From assembly GCA_965207735.1 (NCBI GenBank), contig OZ242296.1:3456001-3520000 (forward strand): a stretch of DNA of 64,000 nt, in the 5' to 3' direction. Origin of the DNA: Candidatus Versatilivorator sp. Lineage in GTDB: Bacteria > Acidobacteriota > Terriglobia > Versatilivoradales > Versatilivoraceae. This document shows positions 7,650 through 17,223 of this stretch, in pieces (within the stretch, counting starts at the first letter, position 1; each line of letters starts with the position of its first letter). Under the pieces are notes generated by a model, which had not been told where the DNA came from, searched no databases, and worked only from the letters and a program-made list of their open reading frames with translations. A program made the translations under genes and the position numbers.

Positions 7650-8831
7650 ATGAATCCTGAAACGAGTCCGTTCAGCCCCGGACAACCCGTGCCGATTGAG
7701 TTTTTTATTGGGCGCATCCGTGAGGTCGAGCGTCTGCGGGGCATGGTAAGGGCTAGTACACAAGGCAAATTCCGAATCGGATTTGTCAGCGGAGAACGGG
7801 GCATCGGCAAGAGTTCCCTGGCGTCGTTCGTGCGCTACCTTTCAGAGCACGAGAGCCAAGTCGCAGGATGGCATGTCTTTCTCGGCGGCGTTGAGGATTT
7901 GAATGAGATGCTTCGAAGGACCTTCGATCGCCTGCTGAAGGAAAGCATGGACAAACCCTGGCATGAGCAAATCAGGAACTTTTTTGGAAACCACGTGCGT
8001 CAAGTGGGTCTGTTCGGGGTCACTTTGGAGTTGAATCTCCAGGAAAGCGACTGGTCAACGCTCGCCCATGATTTCGTGCCGACCGTCAGGCGGCTTCTGA
8101 ACGAAATCAAGGACCAGAAGCGTGCGCTATTTCTCATCCTGGATGACATCAACGGTCTCGCGGGTTCCGAAGTTTTCGCCAACTGGCTGAAAAGCACCGT
8201 GGACGAGATCTCCACGTCCCAACAGAAAATGCCTCTCTGCATTCTAGTTGTCGGCCTTGAGGAGAGGCGCCAGGAGCTGGTGTCGAAGCAACCGTCTCTT
8301 GCGCGCGTCTTCGAGTTGATCGACATCGCCCCCTGGTCTGACGATGAAGCCATGGACTTCTACCGGAAGTCATTCGACGCCGTGGGCGCTAAGGTTGCCG
8401 ACAGCGACATGCGCCAACTCGTCCGATTCACCGGCGGACTTCCTGTTCTGGCCCACGAGATCGGCGACGCCGTCTGGCGCACGGCCGAGGGTCCGGAAAT
8501 CGAGTCAAAAGAAGTATGGGAAGGAATCTTGACCGCAGCCGAGGTGATCGGCCGGAAACTGCTGCAACCCCAAGTGTTCAGGGCAATTCGCAGTGAGCGT
8601 TACCGATCCATTCTTCGAAAAATGTCGGGCGCGCCCCGGATGAGCTTTGGAAGATCAGAACTCATGGGACGTCTGTCGGACAACGAAAGAAAGGTCATGG
8701 ACAACTTCCTGCGACGCATGAAACGGCTCGGAGCGCTGGAAACCGATCCCGAGGTCAAAGGTGGATACCAATTCCCCAACCTCCTCCACATGCTTTATTT
8801 CTGGATTGAATCCCAGCGGATTTCCCGATGA
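7650..8831 (+). CDS. Stand-alone AAA+/STAND-like P-loop ATPase with probable C-terminal winged helix
   Basis: SPFSPGQPV...FIGR N-terminus, Walker A GERGIGKSS, Walker B LFLILDD, TGGLP motif. Confidence 0.85.
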   Translation: MNPETSPFSPGQPVPIEFFIGRIREVERLRGMVRASTQGKFRIGFVSGERGIGKSSLASFVRYLSEHESQVAGWHVFLGGVEDLNEMLRRTFDRLLKESMDKPWHEQIRNFFGNHVRQVGLFGVTLELNLQESDWSTLAHDFVPTVRRLLNEIKDQKRALFLILDDINGLAGSEVFANWLKSTVDEISTSQQKMPLCILVVGLEERRQELVSKQPSLARVFELIDIAPWSDDEAMDFYRKSFDAVGAKVADSDMRQLVRFTGGLPVLAHEIGDAVWRTAEGPEIESKEVWEGILTAAEVIGRKLLQPQVFRAIRSERYRSILRKMSGAPRMSFGRSELMGRLSDNERKVMDNFLRRMKRLGALETDPEVKGGYQFPNLLHMLYFWIESQRISR

Positions 8832-8905
8832 ATGTACTCGTTGCCTGCGATCAGGGAAGTGCTGCTTTACCCCTTTGACAAACTCGGCTTGGTTAGCTCC
8901 ATTAG

Positions 8906-9091
8906 CGTCTGCTCCTTGTCGAATACCAGGGCGCGCACATTGCCGACAGCTCGGATACTGCTGAGAAGCGGACCGTTGGCGAGCTCTGGGAACGGAAAAG
9001 CGACGGTAAGGGCCTCTTTCTTGTCGCAGAAAATACGCTGGGCGGAAGGGATGTGCGCCAGCAGCTTATCGACAAGGTCAATCTCGCCTGA
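8906..9091 (+). pseudogene. C-terminal remnant of a type III restriction (Res-like) endonuclease gene
   Basis: Manual translation RLLLVEYQGAHIADSSDTAEKRTVGELWERKSDGKGLFLVAE...DVRQQLIDKVNLA*; resembles the VEYKG...EK...GELW tail of Res subunits; preceded by in-frame TAG and has no start codon. Confidence 0.6.
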
Positions 9092-9144
9092 ACTCCCGAG
9101 CCTCTTTCCCTCCCGGCGTAGCGTATCGGACTCTGGAAGACTTC

Positions 9145-11841
9145 ATGCGTGAGACTCTGCTTAGCTACCTGCCCGAGTTTCTGGACCGCGGCGAGGACAC
9201 GGCGCTTATGGGCCGGTCCGGGCTGCGGACCGACTACTGGTCCTATGGCAGGCTGGCCCGGACTTCCTTCCAGGTGGCCCGGGAACTGGGCTCACGGGGA
9301 CTCGGCCTGGGGGACCGACTGCTGTTGCGGGAAGACAACTCCCCCGAATGGGTGGCCACCTTCCTGGGGTGCCTGATGCGTGGGGTGGTCGTGGTTCCCC
9401 TGGATGTTCAGAGCTCTCCCGAGTTCGTGGCCGGCATCGAGCACCAGACCCAACCCAAGCTGGTTCTTGGAGGTGGCCCCGGCGCCTCACTTGATGACCT
9501 CCAGTCGCCGGTGGATTCTGTCGCGGCTCTTTGCCGACGCGCGACCGCACAGGTGCCGACTCCCGACTGGAGTCATGCCGGCAAGGTCACTGCCGACCAC
9601 CTGGCCGAGATCGTGTTTACCTCGGGGACCACGGCGGCGCCCAAGGGGATTCGACTCACCCATAGAAACTTGCTGGCCAATCTGACTCCACTCGAGACCG
9701 AGATCCGGAAATATGTCAAGTGGGCGGCTCCGGTCCATCCCATCCGCTTCCTGAGCCTGCTGCCACTCAGCCATGTCTTCGGCCAGATGATGGGCATTTT
9801 CGTGCCGCCTCTGCTTGGTGGCCAGGCTCTCTTTCTCAATACCCTCAATCCCTCTGAGATCATCTCGGCCATTCGCCGGGAGCGGATCTCGATGCTGGCC
9901 ACCGTTCCCCGCATCCTGGAGCTGCTGCGGGACAAGATCGAGCGGGACGAGGCCGCCCAAGATAGCCGGCCCCCGCTGGTCGAGCTTTTCGAGCGCAGCC
10001 ACGGTCATCACTGGCTGCGTCATTGGTGGACCTTTCGCCACGTCCGCCGCCGATTCGGCTGGAAGTTCTGGGCTTTCCTTTCGGGAGGCGCAACCCTCGA
10101 TTCCGGCACCGAGGAGTTCTGGAAGAGGTTGGGCTATGCCGTCATGCAGGGGTACGGAATGACCGAAACGGCGGCCGTCATCAGCCTTGCCCACCCCCTT
10201 CGACCCGGCCGCGGCTCGATCGGCAAACCCATGCCCGGCCAGGAAATCAAGCTGGACGAAGGGGGAGAGATCCTGGTGAGAGGCCGCAACATCTCGCCCG
10301 GCTACTGGGGGGCGGAGGATGCGCCCCTGACCGACGAGGAGGGTTGGCTGCGAACCGGGGACCTGGGCCAACGGGACGCCAGGGGAAACCTCTATTTCCG
10401 CGGCAGGCGCAAGGAGGTCATCGTCACCTCAGCGGGCTTGAACGTCTACCCCGCCGATATCGAAACGGTTCTCAACCGGCAACCCGAGATCGGCGCCAGC
10501 GCGGTGGTGGGAGTGAACGGAGCGCAGGGCCCCGAACCGGTGGCCGTGCTCATCCTGAGAAGCCCGGAGGCGGACCCTTCCACCGCGGTCCAACGCGCCA
10601 ACCAGCACCTCAGCCCCTACCAGCAGATCCGGCACTGGGTGGTCTGGCCCGAGCGCGATTTTCCGCGGACGGCCACTCAGAAGGTACGCAAGCGGGACCT
10701 GGTCCGGTTCGCGAGCCGGCAGGGAGCGGAACCGGGCGGTCAGGCTGGAGAGGAGCAGGGAAGCCTGCTGGGCGAAATCCTGACACTGGTCGAGGGCATC
10801 ACCGGGACCTCGCCGCGGCGGCGGGACCGCGAAGCCAATCTGACCTCCGATCTCAAGCTGGATTCCCTGGCCAGGGTCGCGCTGATCACCCAATTGGAAG
10901 ATCGCTTCCGGATGGACCTGGACGAATCCAAAGTCACCGAAGCTCTTACTCTGGGTGACCTGGAAAGGCTGCTCCGCCGCCCGGACGGTCTACCGGAGGC
11001 CGGCCGGGGCGAGGCGGCTCCTCCAAGTCCTGAAACCGGTGGCGACCCGCGGGCTCCATCGGGACCACGCCCGGACCCGGGCTCCTCGCGGTCGCACCCG
11101 GAAACTTCCGTCAGGCCCTGGCGCCCTTATCCCTACCCCTACTGGTCCTTGAGGCGGCCCGCCACCTGGATGCGCTTCCTGTTCCAGCACTGTCTCATCT
11201 GGCCGCTCACCCATTTGCTCTGCTGGACCCGGGTGCGTGGACGAAGACACTGGCGCGGACTTCGGGAGCCCGTGCTGGTGATCGCCAACCACGTGACCTT
11301 TTTCGATCCGGCGCTCGTCCTGGCCCGAATGCCCTGGCGCTACCGGAACCGCCTGGCTGTTGCCATGATCGGAGAAAGGCTGAGGGACTTTCGATACCCG
11401 CCGCCTGGGCGCGGGCTTGCCCGCTTCAGCGACTACCTGGCCTACGGCGCGACTGCCGGCGGGTTCAATGCCTTTCCGCTGCCCAGGCAAACCGGGTTCC
11501 GGCGCAGCTTCGACTACGCCGGGGAGGCCATGGATCGCGGCTACAGCGTCCTGGTTTTTCCGGAGGGATCACGCACCAGGGATGGCGAAATGCAGCCCTT
11601 CCAGGCTGGAATCGGGCTGCTGGCGGCCGGTCTGGGTGCCCCGGTCGTCCCCGCCAGGATCGAAGGATTGTTTGAGCTCAAGAAAAGGAGATTCGGAGGA
11701 ATCCGCTGGCCCTTCACCCGGCCCGGTCAGGTTTCCGTCACCTTCGGTCCACCGCTGCGGCCCTCGCCCTCGGACTCTCCCCAGGACCTGACCCGGGAGT
11801 TGGAGAAACGGGTCAGAGGATTGAGTCGCCGAAAGGCCTGA
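9145..11841 (+). CDS. Fused long-chain acyl-CoA/acyl-ACP synthetase, acyl carrier domain and PlsC-type acyltransferase
   Basis: AMP-binding FTSGTTAAPKG, GYGMTE, TGDLG; carrier motif LDSL; acyltransferase NHVTFFD and VFPEGSRT. Confidence 0.9.
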   Translation: MRETLLSYLPEFLDRGEDTALMGRSGLRTDYWSYGRLARTSFQVARELGSRGLGLGDRLLLREDNSPEWVATFLGCLMRGVVVVPLDVQSSPEFVAGIEHQTQPKLVLGGGPGASLDDLQSPVDSVAALCRRATAQVPTPDWSHAGKVTADHLAEIVFTSGTTAAPKGIRLTHRNLLANLTPLETEIRKYVKWAAPVHPIRFLSLLPLSHVFGQMMGIFVPPLLGGQALFLNTLNPSEIISAIRRERISMLATVPRILELLRDKIERDEAAQDSRPPLVELFERSHGHHWLRHWWTFRHVRRRFGWKFWAFLSGGATLDSGTEEFWKRLGYAVMQGYGMTETAAVISLAHPLRPGRGSIGKPMPGQEIKLDEGGEILVRGRNISPGYWGAEDAPLTDEEGWLRTGDLGQRDARGNLYFRGRRKEVIVTSAGLNVYPADIETVLNRQPEIGASAVVGVNGAQGPEPVAVLILRSPEADPSTAVQRANQHLSPYQQIRHWVVWPERDFPRTATQKVRKRDLVRFASRQGAEPGGQAGEEQGSLLGEILTLVEGITGTSPRRRDREANLTSDLKLDSLARVALITQLEDRFRMDLDESKVTEALTLGDLERLLRRPDGLPEAGRGEAAPPSPETGGDPRAPSGPRPDPGSSRSHPETSVRPWRPYPYPYWSLRRPATWMRFLFQHCLIWPLTHLLCWTRVRGRRHWRGLREPVLVIANHVTFFDPALVLARMPWRYRNRLAVAMIGERLRDFRYPPPGRGLARFSDYLAYGATAGGFNAFPLPRQTGFRRSFDYAGEAMDRGYSVLVFPEGSRTRDGEMQPFQAGIGLLAAGLGAPVVPARIEGLFELKKRRFGGIRWPFTRPGQVSVTFGPPLRPSPSDSPQDLTRELEKRVRGLSRRKA

Positions 11842-11873
11842 AACAACCGAGCGCTATCCGCAAAGGACACCCA

Positions 11874-12079
11874 CCCGGGAGCGCGGGCGTCCCGCCCGCC
11901 TTCTCTCCCTTTGGCTACCGCTGAGTTTTCCAGCGATGCGGCAGCCGGCCATCCTGCCGGCGGGAACCGCCTGGGTCCGGCCGAAGGAGAGCCATGGCGC
12001 CGGTGCCGGTCGATCCGGGTGGAGGAGATGGGCGAGGCCGCGGGAAGACTTGTGCGGGCGGGACGCCCGCGCTCCCGGG
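11874..12079. mobile_element. MITE, copy 1 (26-bp perfect TIR cccgggagcgcgggcgtcccgcccgc)
   Basis: TIRs at 11874-11899 and 12054-12079; interior aligns by eye with the reverse complement of 43210-43426. Confidence 0.8.
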
Positions 12080-12178
12080 GGGCTTCATCTCCTGACAGGG
12101 TCACACCAGGGACGCAAAATTGCAGGAGCATTCCGGCACCGCACGGACAGTCAGGGCCGTGGGCCGCCGCGAGGGAAT

Positions 12179-13297
12179 TTACAGCTTGCCGGCGATGGCC
12201 TCGGCCATCTGAAGGGTGGTGCTGGCGCCTCCCATGTCGTAGGTCCGCACCCGGCCTTCGCGGATGACTTCTCCCACGGCCTCCTCCAGCCGTTGGCTCT
12301 TGTGATCCTCGGACAGGAAGTCCAGCATCATTTTGGCCGCCATAATGGTGGCGATAGGGTTGACCTTGGACTGCCCCACGTATTTGGGCGCCGAGCCGTG
12401 GGTCGGCTCGAAGACGGCCAGCCTCTCGCCGATGTTTCCGGAGCAGGCAAACCCCAGTCCGCCTACCATCTGGGCGCACAGATCCGAGACGATATCCCCG
12501 AACAGGTTGGGCGCGACCAGGACGTCATAGTCCAGGGGGTTCTTGAGCAGCCACATGGCCATGGCGTCCACGTTGGCATGGTCCCAGGCGATCTCCGGGT
12601 AGGAAGCCGCGATGCGCCCGGCCGCCTCCAGGAACAGCCCGTCGGTGGCCCGTACCACGTTGGCCTTGTGCACCACTGTCACCCTCTTGCGACGGTGGTC
12701 TCGGGCAAACTGGAAGGCAGCCCGGATGATCCGCTCCGAGCCCTTGCGGGAATTGATTTTGCAGGAGATGGCCCACTCGTCCGGAGCCAGTCCCTTGAAG
12801 GGAGCAAAGGAAGGCGAGATCTCCTCCAGCAGACGGGACAGTCTCTCCGGCACGGGATGAAATTCCACGCCGGAATAGAGATCTTCCGTATTCTCGCGAA
12901 AGATGACCAGATCGATTGCTTCTCGAACGTTGAGGGGATTGCCGGCAAAGGCCCGGCAGGGTCGCAGGCAAACGTAGAGATCGAAGAACTGGCGCAGGCG
13001 CACGATGGGGGAACGATAGACCAAGCCCTGGCCGCGGAGCCGCGGCGCCAGTTCCTGCCCGGCTTCTCGCGCCGGCTTGGAGGTGATGGCTCCGAACAGG
13101 GCGGCATCCACCTGCTTCAACAGGTCTATGGTGCGGCCGGGAAGCGGGTCTCCTTCCCGGCGCCAGAATTCCCAGCCAATGTCGCCCGGAAGATACTCCG
13201 CATCCAACCCTAGACGATCCAGCACGATCCGGGCGGCCTCCAGGACCTCTCCACCTATCCCGTCTCCCGGCAGCCAGGCGATCTTGTATTTGGGCAT
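12179..13297 (-). CDS. Isocitrate/isopropylmalate (possibly homoisocitrate) dehydrogenase family protein
   Basis: LPGDGIGGEV, FRENTEDLY, VHKANV, NLFGDIVSDL, FEPTHGSAPKY, NPIA motifs. Confidence 0.9.
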   Translation of the reverse strand: MPKYKIAWLPGDGIGGEVLEAARIVLDRLGLDAEYLPGDIGWEFWRREGDPLPGRTIDLLKQVDAALFGAITSKPAREAGQELAPRLRGQGLVYRSPIVRLRQFFDLYVCLRPCRAFAGNPLNVREAIDLVIFRENTEDLYSGVEFHPVPERLSRLLEEISPSFAPFKGLAPDEWAISCKINSRKGSERIIRAAFQFARDHRRKRVTVVHKANVVRATDGLFLEAAGRIAASYPEIAWDHANVDAMAMWLLKNPLDYDVLVAPNLFGDIVSDLCAQMVGGLGFACSGNIGERLAVFEPTHGSAPKYVGQSKVNPIATIMAAKMMLDFLSEDHKSQRLEEAVGEVIREGRVRTYDMGGASTTLQMAEAIAGKL

Positions 13298-13310
13298 GCA
13301 CACTCCATAA

Positions 13311-13481
13311 TACTACAGATATAGTATATTATTGGCGCATCAGGCGCCAGCTAATCCTTGGATTACAGGACGGCGAAACCGACTACCCGCTTTATCTACT
13401 ACTATACTAGTTTATATGGCTCCTTGGTCCTCCCCGAACCGGCGTGTCGTCCACTGCAATCTACTAGAATAATAGTAGATT
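13311..13481. promoter_or_regulatory. Three TACTA-N6-TAGT(A/T) palindromic operator-like boxes
   Basis: 13311-13326 TACTAcagataTAGTA; 13397-13412 TACTActatacTAGTT; 13458-13481 aatcTACTAgaataaTAGTAgatt (9-bp perfect arms). Confidence 0.65.
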
Positions 13482-13552
13482 CTCGACACCCCCCTCCAGG
13501 ACGGCAAAGCGCTTGCCCTCCCGAACGGCGTTCCGGCCGCGGCTTTCCGCCT

Positions 13553-14671
13553 TCAGCCCAGAAACCGTTCGATACCCACCTTGTCCAGGGGAATGCGGGG
13601 CTTTCGCCCCAGGACCAGATCCACCAGGACTTTCGCGGTGGCCGGCGCCTGCATGATGCCGGAGCTGGAATGGCCGGCGGCCCACAGAAAGCCGGCCGCG
13701 GCCCGCGGATCCGGACCGATAATGGGCAAGGCGTCGGGAGAAGCCGGCCGCAGCCCGGTCCAGATGTCCAGCATGGCCTGCTCCATGAGCCCCGGAAGAA
13801 CCGTGCTCACCACCCCGGCCAGATAGCTCAATCCTTGCGGTGTGATTTGCCTGCGGAACCCGATCTCCTCGTGAGTGGCTCCCACCACCACCCGCCCGTC
13901 CGGCCTGGGGGTGATGTAGCCGTAGCGGCCCCAGCGGTGGAGCGTGTGGCGCAAGCCGAGCGCGGGCCCCTCCAGCGACATGATCTGACCGTGATCGGGA
14001 GTGATGGGAACCGTGAGACTCGAATCCAGCATGCCGGCCCAGGCGCCGGCGGCGTTGATCACCCAGCCCGCGCCCAGCCGCTCTTGGCCGGACCGCACTC
14101 CCGTCACCCTGCCGCTGTCCCAGGTCAGGGAGGTCACCGGCCAGCCCGGGCGCATCTTCACACCCTTCAGCCGGGCCGCCCTGGCGATGGTGGCCGTGTA
14201 GTTGCGGGCGTCCAGAAACCGGCCTTCCGGGTGCAGGATCGCCGCCTCCAGGTTCTCCGGGAGCGACGGCTCCCGGCGCCGCGCCTCCGACCCGGCCAGG
14301 ATCTCCAGGGCTACGCCGGCCGCAGCCTGCTGTTCAGCGTCGGCGCTGGCCTCGGCGGCTTCCGCCGGACTCAGCGCCAGCGTCATGCTCCCCCGGCCGC
14401 CGTAACCCATCCGGCGCCCCGTTTCTTCGAACAGTGCCCCGTCGAGCTGGTCGTAGAGCTGCCTGGAGAGAAGCGTGGCATGGCGGAACCAGGGATCCCC
14501 CCGGGGATGGCTGGAGGGGCCGATGATGCCGGCCGAGGCCCAGGAGGCTTCCCGGGCCACCGGCCCCTTGTCCACCAGAGCCACTTCAAGCCCTTCCGAC
14601 CTCAAATAATAGGCGGCGCTGCAGCCGATAGCGCCTCCACCGATGATCACCACGTCCGGCTGCCTGGCCAT
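13553..14671 (-). CDS. Glycine oxidase ThiO/DadA-family FAD-dependent oxidoreductase
   Basis: DVVIIGGGAIG, ASWASAGII, VINAAGAW, TGLRPASPDALPIIG, AAGHSSSGI. Confidence 0.85.
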   Translation of the reverse strand: MARQPDVVIIGGGAIGCSAAYYLRSEGLEVALVDKGPVAREASWASAGIIGPSSHPRGDPWFRHATLLSRQLYDQLDGALFEETGRRMGYGGRGSMTLALSPAEAAEASADAEQQAAAGVALEILAGSEARRREPSLPENLEAAILHPEGRFLDARNYTATIARAARLKGVKMRPGWPVTSLTWDSGRVTGVRSGQERLGAGWVINAAGAWAGMLDSSLTVPITPDHGQIMSLEGPALGLRHTLHRWGRYGYITPRPDGRVVVGATHEEIGFRRQITPQGLSYLAGVVSTVLPGLMEQAMLDIWTGLRPASPDALPIIGPDPRAAAGFLWAAGHSSSGIMQAPATAKVLVDLVLGRKPRIPLDKVGIERFLG

Positions 14672-14995
14672 GGGTCCGGGCCCTTTCCCGGTCGGGACCG
14701 AGCCGTTAGAAACCGGCGTCTTCCCCGGGGATTCTCTGTTAGAATGGCTGTCCTTTGCGGTTCAGACAGACCTTCAAGATTGCCGGCAGCCGGGCGGAGC
14801 GGCTTTGCACGCCGCCAACAGTTGCGGGTGGACAGTCCGGGGTTCCCGACGGGCCGGCCACTCCGGCCTGCCCGTGTCCAGCCGGGCAGCCCCTGACACG
14901 TCCACGTGCAGCCGGTCCGGCAAACAGAGTGAGTCAAACACGAAAGCCAAGTCCAATGCAAGCCGGCCAACCCATTAATTCAACCAGGAGGATGC

Positions 14996-16756
14996 ATGCC
15001 TGACAGGAAAGATTCCGTTCCCAACCTCTCGCGCCGCCGGTTCATGCGAACCACCGTCCTGGCAGGCACGGCCCTGGGTCTTAACTCCGCGGCGCCCGGG
15101 TCCGCGGCGCCCGGGTCCGCAGCCGCCACTCCCCTGAAAAAGGCCCGGCGACCCGGAAAGTCCTTCACCGGAAAACGGCCGGAAGACTATCGGGTGGTGC
15201 TGCAGGACATCGGCGACCCCCTGCTGCGCATGCCCTGGCCACCCACCCCCGAGGGCCTGGTGGAAGGTTCGATCGGGGCGCTGAAGGACTCTGCCGTCAG
15301 CATGTACGCCTTCGGCATCAACCACGCCGGGGGCACCACCCACTGCTCCAAGCTCTACCCCATCATCGGCGAAGAACAGCCCGTCCTCAAAAGCGGCAAC
15401 ACGCTGCGGATGATGCAAGCCGTCCAGCGTCTGTGCGAGGCAGGACACGACCCCCTGACGCTCATGTGCGACGGCGGGCACAAAGCCGGCCTGGACGTGT
15501 TCCTGCGCCTTCGCATGAACGATCACCACGACCGCTGGGGCGACCGGATCGGCCTGGACAAGCCTTCCCGACTTCCCAAGGACCATCCGGCCGAGCCCTA
15601 TTTCTACACGCCCAAGTGGAAACGGGAGCACCCCGAGTGGTTGATCGGAGATCGCCATGCTCCCTATCCCGACACCAGCTTCCAGTACATGCAGGCCAGC
15701 GCCGGCAACTACGCCATCGGTCCTTATCGCGACCTCATCTTCAACCTGGCTGCAGAGACCCTCACCCAATACGACTTGGACGGGTTCGAGCTGGACTTCT
15801 TCCGGTCCCCCTTCCTCTTTCCCATCTATGAAGCCTACGTGCAGCGCCACGTGATGACCGAGCTGATCCGCCGCATCCGCCGGGTTGCCGACGAGCAGGC
15901 GGCCAAGCGAGGCCGGCCCATCTTCCTTTCCGCCCGGGTCCCGGCCACCGTCGACCTCTGCCTGCGCATCGGGATCGATCTGCCGGTCTGGTTCCAGGAG
16001 GGGTTGCTGGACATGGTGGTGGTCAGCAACGGACTCTCCCCCTTCAGCACCCCTTGGGCGGAGTTGTCCGGGTTGGGCGCCAAGCACGGCATTCCCGCTC
16101 TGGCCTGCTTTACCCATGCCCGGCCCACCCGGGAAGGCCGGGAATCGCTGCGGGCGGCCACCCACCGCGCCTTCTCCTCAGGGATCACGGGCATCCAGTT
16201 CTGGAACTACTTCTACCGCATGCCCCACTACCACCGGCCAGGAGAAAATCCCCTGGACCTGAGCTTTACCCACGATCTGGTCGATGCGGACCTGGTGAGA
16301 AACGGTCCCAAGAAATACCTGCTGGACGGCAGCCCTCACACCGGGAGCATATTGACCGGGACTTTCGGCCACGCCGAGTGGCCCGGACAGACTCCGATGA
16401 TGATCGGACTTTCCACCGACGGCATCGGCCACCGGGTGGCCTTCGACATCGCCGACGACCTCGGCCGGTCCAAGCCCCAGGGGTCTCCGCGGGTCTGGAT
16501 CCGCATCGTGGATCTGGCTCCCGAGGATCGATTGGAATTCGCCTGGAACGGCAAGCCGATTCAACCCGATCCCAAAGCCTTTGCCGGAATCATCCTGAAG
16601 GACAGCCACGAATTCGAGTTCGAGCTCGATCCCGCCGACGTGCGGCCCGGCGAGAACCACCTGGAGATCAAGCTGCTGGAGCGGCACGCCCGGCTCGATC
16701 CCTACGTTACCCTGGTGGACGGGCGTTTGAGCATCCCCGAATTGAAGGGCGCCTGA
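14996..16756 (+). CDS. Tat-exported glycoside hydrolase-like TIM-barrel protein (GHL10/DUF187-like)
   Basis: CCAGGAGG RBS; SRRRFM Tat motif; RLRMNDHH, HPEWLIG, YDLDGFELDFFR, W..EGLLD; C-terminal beta domain. Confidence 0.7.
   Translation: MPDRKDSVPNLSRRRFMRTTVLAGTALGLNSAAPGSAAPGSAAATPLKKARRPGKSFTGKRPEDYRVVLQDIGDPLLRMPWPPTPEGLVEGSIGALKDSAVSMYAFGINHAGGTTHCSKLYPIIGEEQPVLKSGNTLRMMQAVQRLCEAGHDPLTLMCDGGHKAGLDVFLRLRMNDHHDRWGDRIGLDKPSRLPKDHPAEPYFYTPKWKREHPEWLIGDRHAPYPDTSFQYMQASAGNYAIGPYRDLIFNLAAETLTQYDLDGFELDFFRSPFLFPIYEAYVQRHVMTELIRRIRRVADEQAAKRGRPIFLSARVPATVDLCLRIGIDLPVWFQEGLLDMVVVSNGLSPFSTPWAELSGLGAKHGIPALACFTHARPTREGRESLRAATHRAFSSGITGIQFWNYFYRMPHYHRPGENPLDLSFTHDLVDADLVRNGPKKYLLDGSPHTGSILTGTFGHAEWPGQTPMMIGLSTDGIGHRVAFDIADDLGRSKPQGSPRVWIRIVDLAPEDRLEFAWNGKPIQPDPKAFAGIILKDSHEFEFELDPADVRPGENHLEIKLLERHARLDPYVTLVDGRLSIPELKGA
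15086..15120 (+). repeat. 15-bp tandem repeat (2.3 copies) in the signal-peptide region
   Basis: tccgcggcgcccggg x2 plus tccgc; encodes SAAPG-SAAPG-SA. Confidence 0.8.
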
Positions 16757-16800
16757 CGGCCGGGGGCTCCTTCCCACAAGCAATCAAGGAAAAGAGTTAT

Positions 16801-17110
16801 CCACGAAGGGGCACGAAGAACGACGAAGGGCCACTAAGGGGTTGGAGAAAGCTCAAGAGGGATCGGCCAAGGGTCGGCAAGGGAGAAGAGCTTTCCAACA
16901 AGGGCGCTAAAGGATCTGTTGGGGGGGCAAGAGATGAATCGGCGAAGGGATTCCAAGGGGTTGGAAGAGACTCGAAAGGGATCCGTGAAGGGCCACCAAG
17001 GCCCCTGTGGTTTCCCAGAAACAAGCGCTCGATCATCGAGCCAGCCAGTTTCCTGAGCGGCAGCTTCTCGTTCTGTTAATCCTGTCTATCCTGTGCATCC
17101 ATGTTCAATT
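16801..17110. repeat. Intergenic mosaic of REP-like repeats
   Basis: cacgaagaacgacgaagggccactaaggg recurs inverted near 43509-43538; atcctgtctatcctgtgcatccatgt resembles the right end of the 961-1105 element. Confidence 0.5.
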
Positions 17111-17223
17111 TGTAGAAAACCGGTTCAACGGGACATGGTCCTTGTTCCCGATGGGCCATGAAGGTTCGTCGTCTCACTCACGTACGATCCGCCCGGCAGG
17201 GCGGGGATTGAACTCGTCCGTCA

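Noticed and set aside
13300-13550. Leader-peptide attenuator or NrdR boxes
   Set aside because: No leader ORF follows the minus-strand AAGGAG, no terminator/antiterminator pair was seen, and the palindrome spacing does not fit NrdR.
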